DNA of 64,000 nucleotides from an uncultured Gammaproteobacteria bacterium (GCA_964526325.1 CAZGKM010000005.1:113-64112); one strand, 5' to 3'; shown: positions 1-9,701, numbered from the stretch's first letter. Program-made: numbers and translations. The notes: a model not told the origin generated them from the letters alone.

Positions 1-2154
1 GGCGTTAGGTAATGGACTGTCCACTCCTAGGCAAGCAGACTGGTTAGAAAAAATATTAATCATACTTGCCAAATCACGCGTAGCCCCATGCTGCGGACCT
101 TGATCGGTAGCAGGAGCAAGGGTAGTATGATTCATCGGGGTAAACTCATATACAGAAAAAGCCGCGTCATCACTAGGGGTGGAATATTTAATGCCTCCGG
201 CAAGAGATGAATAAAAATAATAATTAGTTGTTTGCCCGAATCTATTAAGGCCATCATAACCCATTAAGGTTTTATGTGCCTTAAGCGCATTATCCAAACC
301 ATTCCAAAATAAAATATAATTTGATTGGTTCCCAAATATATTTTTCTGAATATGATTATTAGCTCCGCCGTTAAGCACCATCCCATTGTATGTGTTATAA
401 AATTTATTTTCAAAAACTGCTATATTGCTACTCCCCTCATCCATATGAAGTCCTTGAAGACAATAAGAGCAGCCTCTGCCTTTATGAAAGGGTGTTCGAA
501 TTATATTATAGACAAAATTGTGGCTTATAGATGAACTTATTTGTTGCCCAAGAGTATATATTCCTCCTCCGTCATTCAGTTCTTGCATAACATCGTGTAC
601 AATATTATATCTAGTAGAATTACCCCTAGTATATGTAGATCCTGCCCCTCCTATTCCCCATGTCCAGCCAACAGAAATTCCGCTATAAGCCCCATTATAA
701 ATTAAATTATTTATGATAGTATTATAACCGCTAACAGCTGACCAAATTCCTACTCCTTCCTTATAAATCTGGCCGATATCATGAATTTTGTTATTGCTGA
801 CTGTATTTCTAATGGCTACTCCCAGTTTATACCACTCTGATGAAGGCCAACTAACAGGCTGCGAAAGAGATATTCCGTCATAATTTTTTGGCTCTTTTCC
901 TATCCTAATTCCACCAGCCCCTAAATTAAAAAATTCATTTCCATCAATAACTAAATCGCTAGAGTTACTCTCAAAAGCATATGCTCCGGTAAGGGCAACA
1001 GTGTTATTATAAAATTTAGAATTACTTGTATAGTTATAAATAATTGCCGAAGGGCTCTTGATATATATGCCGGCCTGCGAGCCTTTGTAACCATATGTAG
1101 AATTGAAACTCCAATCAGTATGAGCAAAAATTAAATTTTCAAAGGAAATATTTTTAACATAATTATTTTCTTTTCCGTTGATGTCCACTAACTGATTGAT
1201 AACCGGCGCAATAAATATACCCGCAGAAAGTTCCTGAGCTGTTCTCGGCCAATAATAAAGCGTACCGCTAGATTTGTCCAAATACCATTCCCCCGGAGAA
1301 TCCAAGCCTTCAAAAACATTATCTGCAAAATACCTGAAACTGCCGGGATAAACGTCGCTAGCGAAACTATTACCCCAGTTAGTTCCCCCCATTTGCCCGG
1401 AAACATAAACCTTGTTGCCGGAAACAGAGCTTATTTTAAATCTGTTCTGTTCCCATAAAATATTAGAAACTAGTTCAACTTCATTTAGATTCTTCCAGCT
1501 AGATAAAATATTGTCTGAAGTAAAATTAAAAGCTCTTTTATTGTCAATACTTGAAGTATTAGCTGTTCCAATATAAAAGTCGCCGGTATTAGGAGTCCTT
1601 GCTCTGGTCAATCTTTCAAAACCTAAAAACAAAGAATTAAAACTAGAATCAACCTTCATGGAATAAATATTGCCAGAATATAATTTCCAATTATTACTCA
1701 ATATTTTCCCACCGCTGATCAGGGCATTTTCATTAGGAAAAGAAGAATAAGTTATTTTAATAGTGTCTGTCCCGGAATCTCTTTCATCAAGCGAAAACGT
1801 TTCAGTTAAAAAATATGTCCCGCCCCTGAGATAAACAAACACATTTTTAGTCAGCTGATTGCTTAATTTCAGTTGCCTGATTTTATCTCGTGCCGCTGAA
1901 ATAGTTTTCACAGGACCATCGGAATTATCAGGAAGAGGACATGAATAATTACCGCTCCAAGCGTTATTTCCAAAAGGAGATACATAAATATATGTGCTTT
2001 CACCGGAAGTGCCTTCATTAAATTCTCCAACAGAGGCGCTATTGGCAGGCGATGAATATATAAATAAAAATAAACCGGCCGGTAAAATTACTACGATAAA
2101 ACCTAAAATAATAAAAAATTTTTTATTAATTATTAAATTTAACAATTTAATCAT
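1..2154 (-). CDS. Membrane-anchored/secreted right-handed parallel beta-helix repeat protein (C-terminus lies beyond window start)
   Basis: It is absent from the ORF track because no stop codon falls in the window. My reverse-complement read from the ATG at 2154..2152 stays open to base 1 (718 codons). It starts MIKLLNLIINKKFFIILGFIVVILPAGLFLFIY (signal anchor), followed by beta-helix-type turns (NNKIHDIG, GVGIWSAVSGYNTIINNLIYNGAYSGISVGW, GGGIYTLGQQ, ISHNFVYN). I spot-checked several 60-nt blocks for stops, not every codon. Confidence 0.7.
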   Translation of the reverse strand, partial: MIKLLNLIINKKFFIILGFIVVILPAGLFLFIYSSPANSASVGEFNEGTSGESTYIYVSPFGNNAWSGNYSCPLPDNSDGPVKTISAARDKIRQLKLSNQLTKNVFVYLRGGTYFLTETFSLDERDSGTDTIKITYSSFPNENALISGGKILSNNWKLYSGNIYSMKVDSSFNSLFLGFERLTRARTPNTGDFYIGTANTSSIDNKRAFNFTSDNILSSWKNLNEVELVSNILWEQNRFKISSVSGNKVYVSGQMGGTNWGNSFASDVYPGSFRYFADNVFEGLDSPGEWYLDKSSGTLYYWPRTAQELSAGIFIAPVINQLVDINGKENNYVKNISFENLIFAHTDWSFNSTYGYKGSQAGIYIKSPSAIIYNYTSNSKFYNNTVALTGAYAFESNSSDLVIDGNEFFNLGAGGIRIGKEPKNYDGISLSQPVSWPSSEWYKLGVAIRNTVSNNKIHDIGQIYKEGVGIWSAVSGYNTIINNLIYNGAYSGISVGWTWGIGGAGSTYTRGNSTRYNIVHDVMQELNDGGGIYTLGQQISSSISHNFVYNIIRTPFHKGRGCSYCLQGLHMDEGSSNIAVFENKFYNTYNGMVLNGGANNHIQKNIFGNQSNYILFWNGLDNALKAHKTLMGYDGLNRFGQTTNYYFYSSLAGGIKYSTPSDDAAFSVYEFTPMNHTTLAPATDQGPQHGATRDLASMINIFSNQSACLGVDSPLPNA

Positions 2155-2391
2155 AAAATTTATTTGTAAATATTTAAATTATATATTTCTCATAATTCTT
2201 GTATATTATTTTAGGACATAATGAATTTTTATCAGTTGAATAATGATAAGAGAGGCGCTATTGGCAGGTAAAAACTATCAAATAAAAACAATTTATTAAA
2301 TAAAGAATTACTAATTTTTTCTATATTTAACAATATTGTTATGTTAATAATTATATTATTATTATAGCAAAAAAAATGATTTATTAACAAC

Positions 2392-2432
2392 AAAATCTGC
2401 CCCACTCTTCGCGAAGAGTGGGGCAGATTTTT
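2392..2432 (-). terminator. Rho-independent terminator after the 1318 aa gene
   Basis: The palindrome atctgccccactct/agagtggggcagat forms a 14 bp stem (2395..2428). It is flanked by an A-run and a T-run, and on the minus strand it is followed by UUUUGUUGUU. It lies 26 nt after the stop at 2458. Confidence 0.75.
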
Positions 2433-2457
2433 ATTGGAATTTGAATTTTGCTTAACC

Positions 2458-5400
2458 TTATGTCCCCGATTTACGTCCGCAACTGACATTGGAGCCTTGC
2501 GGAGCATCAGCACCGCAACTGCCGCCGGAAACGGACAGACAATCCCAAGTACCGCCGAGATTACCGCCGAAATGATTGGTGCACCACCAAATTCCGGTGC
2601 GTCCCGGAGCGGCTTCATAGACGTTGACAGTTTGTTGATCAGAATATGCGCCACCGCTGTTGACCGGAGGAGTAGTAGAAGTGCAGGCATTAGCCGCAAA
2701 ACAATTTTCTCTGCCTTCATTCTTGCCGTGTTGGCAGAAATGAATCTGGCCGCCGTTAGCCACCGTGCCGAAATAAGAGTCAGCTTTAACGTCAGTATTA
2801 TTATTTAGATACCAGCCATTCGGATCAGCTGAACAATTGTTGTCCGTAGGAGTAGTAGGATTAGTAGTAGGATTAGTAGTGGGATTAGTAGTGGGAGTAG
2901 TAGGATTAGTAGTAGGAGCAGTAGGAGTAGTAGGAGTAGGGCAGATATTAGCCGCAAAACAATTTTCTCTGCCTTCATTCTTGCCGTGTTGGCAGAAATG
3001 AATCTGGCCGCCGTTAGCCACCGTGCCGAAATAAGAGTCAGCTTTGACGTCAACCCAACGGTTGAGGTACCAATCGTTAGGATTAATTAAACAACTGCTT
3101 GGAGGAAGAGGAGTCGAAATTGGTGCGCCTTCAGGGCCCCTGTAACCATTGGCCGTGTCGCACCAAACACTGCCGGGATTCATATAAACATGAACGGCAA
3201 TTTCGCCTGAACCGGATAATTTAGCTAAATCAATATCAGCCTTCCATGTGCCACCGCCGAGGTTTGTGCCTTGATACCAGATTAAATCATCCTGGCCATT
3301 AACTTTTGTCCAGGCGGCAAAAGCAACGGTAGCGGCATTCCCTACTCCGTAGGCATAGATTGATTTAGCGCCTGATGTTCCGGTAATCTGCCAATTATCC
3401 GGACCGGCATTAGTGCATATTGGAGTCTGTATTGTCTGTGTTGTCTGTGTTGTCAGCATTGAAGTTAGAGTCGTGCATTGGCTGATGGAAAAACAATGTT
3501 TCCCTTGCCTGCTAACTTCATTTTTACCATACGTACACCAATGAATTAGCCCGCCGTTAGCGATTGTGCTGAAATAGCTGTTGGCTTTGACATCCGTATT
3601 ATGGTCAAGATACCAACCGTTAGGGTCAGCTAAGCAAGTATCAGTCGGGGTTGGAGTAGTAGATCCGCAAGCATAAGAAGCAAAACAATTTTCCCTGCCT
3701 TCATTTTTTCCATTTTCACAATAATGCTTCAAACCTCCGCTAGGAGCTTGCCCGTAATCGCTAGCCATAACATCCGGCCAACGATGCAAATACCAGGCAT
3801 TGGGATCAGCCTGACAAGAGGTTGGAATAGGAATTACGGTCGTGCCGCAACGGCCACAAGCAACATTAGAATTCAGAGGAGCATTGGCTCCGCAACTGCC
3901 GCCGGATACGCTTATGCAATCCCAAGTATTGCCTAAGTTCTTTGCGAAATGATTGGTGCACCACCATTGGCCAGTCTGGCCAGAGGCATATGAATAAACA
4001 TTGACAGTCCTGGTGTCTAAATATGGATCGCAAGATTTAACGCCAGGAACGCCAGGATTTGGATTTGACTCGCAAATATCTGCGGCAAAACAATTTTCCC
4101 TGCCTTCATTTTTGCCGTAAGGGCAATAATGGGTTATAGCGTCCACCACGCCTGCGTTCTTAATGTCAGGGTAACGGTTCAGGTACCAGGCCGATGGGTC
4201 GTTTTGGCAGGTAGAATTGCAGGTAGTGCATACGCTGTTTCCATAACACCCACCACTGCCGCCAGTAGTCGGGCCGTTCCACCAGATATCACCATAGCCC
4301 TGAGTTGCCCATTTACCGCCGGCAATATACATATAGCCGTTAGCGTCAACATCGCTGTCTATCATAAAACCGCCTGGCATTCTCTGAACTTCAGACCAAT
4401 TGGTGCCGTCTGAACTTCTAAGTAAAGCGGCATCAGTTCCATCAGCTCCGATACCGGCATAAGCATAGTTGCCGTCACTTCCCATCCAATGGGTAATATC
4501 ACGACCATTATATCTATAGACCTCAGTCAAAGTATTGTTTGACGGGTTATAGCGGTAAATAAATGCATGATTCGAGCTTGATACCGTGGACACATAAACA
4601 TTTCCTTTTAAAGTGGTGATGCCGTGGAACGACCAATCTGATAAATCATTGCTTGGAGGATTCACGGCTGTAAAATTACCATTATTGTATATATATAGTA
4701 CGCCCTTTCCGTTTTGACCGCATCCCCAATCGCAACCGTTAGTACTGGCACCGATATATACTTTGCCGTTTAGTTCGGCTAAGCGGAAAGCAGTACTTCC
4801 ATTGGGCATAGTATAGTTAGTGAAATTATTGCCGTCGCTGGAAACCACAAACGTATTTCCGCAGGCGGCGTAGAGGTTGCTATCAGTAGCCAATAAGTCT
4901 AAACAATATGGATGACTAATAGCGTGCTTAAATTGCCAGGAGCCATTACTGAATTTCCAAATACCGCCTTTATCCACTGGTCCGCTGTCACGACCATCGT
5001 GGTTGCCATGTTCAACCGTGGCATAAATGCCGCCTTTAAAATCTCTAATTCTAAAAATTGATTCGGCATTTAAAGTGGCGCAATCAGAAGATTGATTATG
5101 GCTAGAGTTAAAGGTGGTTAAGTGAGAAATATATTGATCGGCTGAACCACCTCCTTGCCAAGCCATTTTATCAGCATAGGTGCCGGTATATATTTGCCCA
5201 TTAATAAATTGGACTGACATATACCACGTTTTATCATGATGAGTAAAAATCCTAAAACTATTGGTGGGTGGCGGCAAAGCTCCTCCAACAGTAACCGTCG
5301 TATTAGCCGTGGCCGAACCGCTGGCGTTAGTGGCGGTAAGGGTATAAGTCATGGTTACCACCGGATTGACTGTTTTGGAAGTGCCGGTAACTGTGCCTAA

Positions 5401-6414
5401 GCCGCCAATGGATAATTGAGTCGCGTTAGAAACTGACCAGGAAAGCGTAGCGGTCTGGCCGGAATTAATAGTTGTGGGGCTAGCGGTAAAAGAAGTAATG
5501 ATAGGGATAGCGGTTGATGGACCATAATAATTTTTTAAAAAATTAACAGCCGCTTCTATGCTATTCCTATCAGTTGGACTTGTGCTTACGAAATGCGTGT
5601 TATTAGGCAGAACATAGACAGCCGGAATAATATATACATTGGGATTATTAAGAGTTCCGTCAGCGAATAAATAATCTGCGGCGCTCTTTATATCAGAAAC
5701 ATAATCAGTAACTCCGGTCTTCGGTGGCAATAAAAGATAACATTTTTTATTTAAACTCAATACATACTTACAAGCTTCATATAATTGCAAGCTGAACCAA
5801 ATAGAGGTACCGGGGTTCGCTTCAAACACCGCGCCCGAAACATTTGGATTCGCCAATGCCGCAATTACCTGATTGCGGCGTTGATCGTATGAGTTGAAAC
5901 TTCGCGTCAAGACGATAACCCTTGATCCTATCGATCCAAATCCGGGAACTACGTGCGAAGCATACCCGTTAATCTGCGTATCGTTCAAAGGCGTCGCCAA
6001 GCCGTCTTCAATGTAAAATATAGCGCCGTCAACCATTCTATTTATACTCCTAGATACGAAATCGACTTCATTCGTAAGGCCGGGATTATCCTCTGAAATG
6101 GCGTATCTATCGGCATTAAGATTTTTCAATGTAGTCGGCCAATCTACCCCTGCGCTATTTATAGTTATCGCCGAAACGCCATCGGCTGCAAATTTTGACG
6201 CTTGAGCGGCTTCACTGGCGTTAATTTGGTTAATATCAACTAATATTTGAAATCTGCGCGTAACCGAAGTCTCGCTGTTTATATTTATATCCGTAGCGCT
6301 TTTAGCCGGCGAGGAAGGACTTAATAAAATAATAAAAGCAACAAACATAGTTGTTAACAATAAAAAGAGAGAAATTAATTTGTTGCTGAAAACAAGTTTG
6401 GATAATTTTACCAT
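2458..6414 (-). CDS. 1318 aa secreted multidomain surface protein in the PilY1 position of the minor-pilin operon
   Basis: It has an ATG start and an N-terminal signal anchor (LISLFLLLTTMFVAFIILL). Next come an unassigned domain of about 300 aa and an Ig-like segment (TINSGQTATLSWSV). A propeller region carries Asp-box motifs (SSDGNNFT, SSDGTNWSEV). A GBS-Bsp-like repeat follows (WTKVNGQDDLIWYQG...IAVHVYM). The rest holds five Cys-bracketed modules (C.ADPN.WYL....DV......HFCQHGKNEGRENCF), two WWCTNHF...CGR modules and a PT-rich linker. Confidence 0.9.
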   Translation of the reverse strand: MVKLSKLVFSNKLISLFLLLTTMFVAFIILLSPSSPAKSATDININSETSVTRRFQILVDINQINASEAAQASKFAADGVSAITINSAGVDWPTTLKNLNADRYAISEDNPGLTNEVDFVSRSINRMVDGAIFYIEDGLATPLNDTQINGYASHVVPGFGSIGSRVIVLTRSFNSYDQRRNQVIAALANPNVSGAVFEANPGTSIWFSLQLYEACKYVLSLNKKCYLLLPPKTGVTDYVSDIKSAADYLFADGTLNNPNVYIIPAVYVLPNNTHFVSTSPTDRNSIEAAVNFLKNYYGPSTAIPIITSFTASPTTINSGQTATLSWSVSNATQLSIGGLGTVTGTSKTVNPVVTMTYTLTATNASGSATANTTVTVGGALPPPTNSFRIFTHHDKTWYMSVQFINGQIYTGTYADKMAWQGGGSADQYISHLTTFNSSHNQSSDCATLNAESIFRIRDFKGGIYATVEHGNHDGRDSGPVDKGGIWKFSNGSWQFKHAISHPYCLDLLATDSNLYAACGNTFVVSSDGNNFTNYTMPNGSTAFRLAELNGKVYIGASTNGCDWGCGQNGKGVLYIYNNGNFTAVNPPSNDLSDWSFHGITTLKGNVYVSTVSSSNHAFIYRYNPSNNTLTEVYRYNGRDITHWMGSDGNYAYAGIGADGTDAALLRSSDGTNWSEVQRMPGGFMIDSDVDANGYMYIAGGKWATQGYGDIWWNGPTTGGSGGCYGNSVCTTCNSTCQNDPSAWYLNRYPDIKNAGVVDAITHYCPYGKNEGRENCFAADICESNPNPGVPGVKSCDPYLDTRTVNVYSYASGQTGQWWCTNHFAKNLGNTWDCISVSGGSCGANAPLNSNVACGRCGTTVIPIPTSCQADPNAWYLHRWPDVMASDYGQAPSGGLKHYCENGKNEGRENCFASYACGSTTPTPTDTCLADPNGWYLDHNTDVKANSYFSTIANGGLIHWCTYGKNEVSRQGKHCFSISQCTTLTSMLTTQTTQTIQTPICTNAGPDNWQITGTSGAKSIYAYGVGNAATVAFAAWTKVNGQDDLIWYQGTNLGGGTWKADIDLAKLSGSGEIAVHVYMNPGSVWCDTANGYRGPEGAPISTPLPPSSCLINPNDWYLNRWVDVKADSYFGTVANGGQIHFCQHGKNEGRENCFAANICPTPTTPTAPTTNPTTPTTNPTTNPTTNPTTPTDNNCSADPNGWYLNNNTDVKADSYFGTVANGGQIHFCQHGKNEGRENCFAANACTSTTPPVNSGGAYSDQQTVNVYEAAPGRTGIWWCTNHFGGNLGGTWDCLSVSGGSCGADAPQGSNVSCGRKSGT
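2689..3045. repeat. Pair of 99-bp perfect direct repeats (2689..2787 and 2947..3045) inside the 1318 aa gene
   Basis: The sequence attagccgcaaaacaattttctctgccttcattcttgccgtgttggcagaaatgaatctggccgccgttagccaccgtgccgaaataagagtcagcttt occurs twice. The copies are offset by 258 nt (86 codons) and flank the PT linker. The other three copies of the same protein module are much more diverged at DNA level. Confidence 0.9.
2846..2940. repeat. In-frame 12-nt-periodic tandem repeat encoding the PT-rich linker
   Basis: The sequence gtaggagtagtaggattagtagtaggattagtagtgggattagtagtgggagtagtagg... encodes TTNPTTPTTNPTTNPTTNPTTPT on the minus strand. Confidence 0.85.
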
Positions 6415-6640
6415 AAAATTTTACTGTTAATTTAATTAAATAGATAATCTAATTATAACATAAATATTAAAAAATATAAAAAAGTAATATAAATATTGGC
6501 ATCTAAATTACTGCTGGAAATATTTGCCGCATTATTGTTTAAAATAATTTAATAAAAACTGCCAAAACACTACAACAAACGGCGGTTTTGACTGACAATT
6601 TTTCTAACTGCTTATTTGATATAAAAAATCACTTACGTTC

Positions 6641-9064
6641 TTAAGGCACGTCCACCGTGTTGGTTGAGGGAAATTGGCGAATACTCCCCGGCCAAATTAT
6701 ACGAACCGCGCCGCCGGCGCCATTGGCATCGCCGGATACAAACGATCCGTCAACACCGCCGCCGGCACCGCCATAAGCGCCGCCTATATTTCCTGAAACG
6801 CCCGCTACTCCGCCGTTAGCCCCGCCGGAACCGCCGCCAGCCGCTCCGCTATTATACACCCCTCCGGATCCTGATGACCCGCCGCCCAATAAGCCAACGC
6901 CTCCGCCGTCGCCAGCATAAACAGTGCCTCCTCCGCCACCGCCTGCGCCACCGCCTGCGCCCGCCGATCCATTGCCGTTGTTTACGCCATTACCGCCAAC
7001 TCCGCCGTTACCTGAATAACCTGATGCGCCTCCGCCTCCGGCGCCATAATTTGAACTGCCGGTTCCACCGGCGCCGCCGGTATAGCCTCCGATTGTGCCG
7101 CCAAAAGGACCGGATCCAATAGCTGTGCCGGTTCCACCGGCGCCGCCGGTAACTGCCGCAGCTGCGGCTGCGCCGCCACCGCCTGCCTGGACTAAAACAT
7201 TCGCCCCTCTTGATAACCGGCTATAACCGCCTGGTGTTTGCACATTATTCGCGGTTGAAACTCCTCCGGCGCCGACTACTACGGTAATTGTTTCGCCGGG
7301 AGTTACCGTCAAATCGTTAATATACCTAAGACCGCCGCCGCCGCCGCCGCCATTATACGTTCCGCCTTGACTTCCGCCGCCGCCGCCGCCGACCAAGACC
7401 GCGCTTATTCTTGTCACACCGGCAGGGACAACCCAAGAATACGTGCCGGATGTAGGATAAGCAACTTGGGACGCCGTCACAAAACTTACGGAAATAGTAT
7501 GAGGACCCTGAATATTATTAAAAGAATAAGAGCTTATAGATCCCTGGTTAGCGCCATCAACTAAAACCTGATTAACAATATAACCGCTGTTAGCCGGAAA
7601 AGTGAACAATTGATTACTGCCATGATCAACCAAAACAGCGCCAGAAGGAGATATGGAACCACCGGAACCGGCTGAAGCCGTGATAATATAAGTATTGATA
7701 GCAAAATTAACCGCAATAGTATGAGTATCCTGAACATCGTAAAAAGTATAAGAAGCCGGCGTGCCTACAGGCGCGCCGTCAATCAAAACCGAGGAAATAT
7801 GATAGCCGGTAGTTGTCGCTATGTTAAACGCTTGATCGTTTCCATAATTAACCGTAACAACGCCCGAGGGAGAAATAGAGCCGCCTGAACCGGCCGAAGC
7901 AGTAATATTATAAGTACTGCTGACAAAATTCGCCGTGACGCTTATATTCGCCGTGACGCTGGTATCGGTTCTTGGATTTATCGTTGAACCGTCGCTCCAA
8001 TTTAAAAAAATGAATCCAACCGACGGATCGGCGGTAACGGCTGTTCCGGAACCGAGATAGTTTACTATTTGCGGCGAGGTGCCGATGATGCTGCCGTTCG
8101 GCCCCGCGGTATAAATTAAATTATAAATATTACTGACAAAATTCGCCGTGACGCTTATATCATCGGTAACGTTGGTATCGGTTCTCGGATTTGCGGTTGA
8201 ACCGTCGCTCCAATTCAAAAAAATATAATCAACGATTGGATTGGCGGTAACGGCCGTTCCGTCTTGAAGGTAATATACTGTTTGCGGCGAAGTGCCGCTA
8301 ATACTGCCATTCGGCCCCGCGGTATAGGTTAAAGTGCGAGTATCAGGCATAAAAGAGGCAAAAATAGTATGATCGGCCTGAACATTATCAAATGGATATA
8401 AGAATATAGGGCCTTGATCTATATCGTCAACTATTACCGATGAAATAATGTAGCCGAAATCAGCGCTTATATTAAATGACTGGTTATCCCCCTGATTAAC
8501 CGCGACGGTGCCTGAGGGAGAAATAGAACCGCCTGAGCCGGCCGAGGCGAAAATAGCATAAATTATTGACGGATTTTCCACGCAAGCGCCGAACACGCAT
8601 GACAGGCCTGAACTACAGATACCGCAGCTGCCGCCGCAGCCGTCGCTGCCGCAGACTTTACCGGAACAATTAGGCGTACAGCTTGAAGCTCCAATAAGAT
8701 AAGTAGCCTCTACCGACCTTCTCGCGCCGCCGTAAGAGCCGATTGATTGAAAAGTAACTTTAGGCGAAGATGTAGCGTAATTTACCGAATAAGCGCTGTT
8801 ATTGCCAAGATTTGGCAGGTTAAAAACTCCGGTCGTGTCTGCGGCAGGTAAAAGATAACTATTTTTTCTAACTTCAAATAACGCCTTCTCCAAACCGGCT
8901 TCGGAAGCAAAATAAGCCAAACTTGAATAACCGGTTAAACGATTCATTTTTATGCCAGCTAAAACCAACTCAGCCGCGGCTAAAGTAATAATTAAAATAC
9001 CCGATAAAATAAACAGTGTTAAAAGTAAAATTACGCCTCTATTGTTTTTTATATATTTATTCAT
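6641..9064 (-). CDS. 807 aa PilX/GspK-like anchored giant minor pilin-like protein with 5 InlB-B-repeat-type (Flg_new-like) domains and a glycine-rich C-terminal domain
   Basis: The N-terminus NNRGVILLLTLFILSGILIITLAAAELVL matches the PilX_N type. A Cys-rich knot follows (CTPNCSGKVCGSDGCGGSCGICSSGLSCVFGAC). There are five repeats of about 71-75 aa (Y.LTYTAGPNGSISG...FLNWSDGST.NPRTDT.V....SVTANF). The C-terminus reads YSWVVPAGVTRISAVLVGGGGGG and continues into about 230 aa of Gly-rich sequence. Its start overlaps the upstream gene's stop by 8 nt. Confidence 0.85.
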   Translation of the reverse strand: MNKYIKNNRGVILLLTLFILSGILIITLAAAELVLAGIKMNRLTGYSSLAYFASEAGLEKALFEVRKNSYLLPAADTTGVFNLPNLGNNSAYSVNYATSSPKVTFQSIGSYGGARRSVEATYLIGASSCTPNCSGKVCGSDGCGGSCGICSSGLSCVFGACVENPSIIYAIFASAGSGGSISPSGTVAVNQGDNQSFNISADFGYIISSVIVDDIDQGPIFLYPFDNVQADHTIFASFMPDTRTLTYTAGPNGSISGTSPQTVYYLQDGTAVTANPIVDYIFLNWSDGSTANPRTDTNVTDDISVTANFVSNIYNLIYTAGPNGSIIGTSPQIVNYLGSGTAVTADPSVGFIFLNWSDGSTINPRTDTSVTANISVTANFVSSTYNITASAGSGGSISPSGVVTVNYGNDQAFNIATTTGYHISSVLIDGAPVGTPASYTFYDVQDTHTIAVNFAINTYIITASAGSGGSISPSGAVLVDHGSNQLFTFPANSGYIVNQVLVDGANQGSISSYSFNNIQGPHTISVSFVTASQVAYPTSGTYSWVVPAGVTRISAVLVGGGGGGSQGGTYNGGGGGGGLRYINDLTVTPGETITVVVGAGGVSTANNVQTPGGYSRLSRGANVLVQAGGGGAAAAAAVTGGAGGTGTAIGSGPFGGTIGGYTGGAGGTGSSNYGAGGGGASGYSGNGGVGGNGVNNGNGSAGAGGGAGGGGGGTVYAGDGGGVGLLGGGSSGSGGVYNSGAAGGGSGGANGGVAGVSGNIGGAYGGAGGGVDGSFVSGDANGAGGAVRIIWPGSIRQFPSTNTVDVP
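7920..8345. repeat. Two tandem 213-bp units (71 codons) encoding adjacent InlB-B-type repeats
   Basis: The sequence ctgacaaaattcgccgtgacgcttatat recurs at 7920 and 8133, and the flanking sequence is highly similar. This corresponds to protein repeats 2 and 3. Confidence 0.75.
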
Positions 9065-9650
9065 AACTTCTTGACGAAATCGTCATTTGAATTTTCATTT
9101 TCTGTTCATTTATCGCTTGCCCAATCGCTTTAGCGTCCATCATCATGGTAACGTACGGCTGTTTGCTATGAAAAGCGGAAATCAAATCATCATCAATATA
9201 AAATTTCAAATTGCTAACTTCGATTTTCGCCGGAGTAACGAAATCAACAATAGCGTCGGCGCCGACGCTAACCATCAATTTAAGGCGGTTATCTTCCAAA
9301 TAATAAGTAACGCACTCGCCGTCTTTATTTTTAAAATACAGCTCTTCGCCGCCGTAGGCTGTATTAAAAATTTTATAGATAGCTGCCGGATCGCACTCTT
9401 TATCGCTAACTTGTGCCATCCTTATTTCTTTGCTCATTTTTTCCATGGCATATCTTAAATTTTCTTGCATGTTTTGCGCGTTAATAGCGTTTCTTTGCCC
9501 GTCAACCACCATTTTAAATATTTGAGTTGCGGACAGCATTAAAACGGAAAAAATAGTTACTGAAACTATTAATTCCATTAAACTTACGCCTCTGGTTTGT
9601 TTTAATTTTTTTAAAAATAAATTCACCCCGTTAGAGATTTTATTAGCCAT
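9057..9650 (-). CDS. Type IV minor pilin (PilW/GspJ-like position), prepilin-type N-terminal domain
   Basis: The leader MANKISNGVNLFLKKLKQTRG is followed by VSLMELIVSVTIFSVLMLSA, giving G|xxxxE spacing typical of prepilin cleavage. The gene is coupled to the downstream gene through an ATGAATAA overlap. Confidence 0.8.
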   Translation of the reverse strand: MANKISNGVNLFLKKLKQTRGVSLMELIVSVTIFSVLMLSATQIFKMVVDGQRNAINAQNMQENLRYAMEKMSKEIRMAQVSDKECDPAAIYKIFNTAYGGEELYFKNKDGECVTYYLEDNRLKLMVSVGADAIVDFVTPAKIEVSNLKFYIDDDLISAFHSKQPYVTMMMDAKAIGQAINEQKMKIQMTISSRSYE

Positions 9651-9701
9651 ACATTATTTATTACAATTCCCCGCTTTCAATCTGACATATTTCTAACGGG
9701 G
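9626..9701 (-). promoter_or_regulatory. Leader inverted repeat spanning the start codon of the 9057..9650 gene (CCCCGTTAGA / TCTAACGGGG)
   Basis: Bases 9626..9635 (codons 5-8) are perfectly complementary to 9692..9701 in the 5' UTR. An alternative partner, ccccg, lies at 9669..9673. The start codon at 9650..9648 sits inside the loop. Confidence 0.5.

Noticed and set aside
2689-3045. The 99-bp near-identical repeat pair as a diversity-generating retroelement TR/VR pair
   Set aside because: Both copies lie inside the same ORF and are perfectly identical. No adenine-specific mismatches are present, and there is no reverse transcriptase or accessory gene anywhere in the window.
2232-3053. ORFs 2232..2720(-), 2434..2808(+) and 2805..3053(-)
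   Set aside because: They are alternative frames of the repeated C-terminal modules of the 1318 aa gene. Two of them share the peptide MKAEKIVLRL only because of the 99-bp DNA repeat, and 2232..2720 also runs through the terminator.
6874-7564. ORFs in other frames of the Gly-rich region (6874..7122+, 6982..7179-, 7367..7564+)
   Set aside because: They are artefacts of the GC-rich GGN-repeat DNA, giving Arg/Pro/Ala-rich nonsense peptides inside the 807 aa gene.
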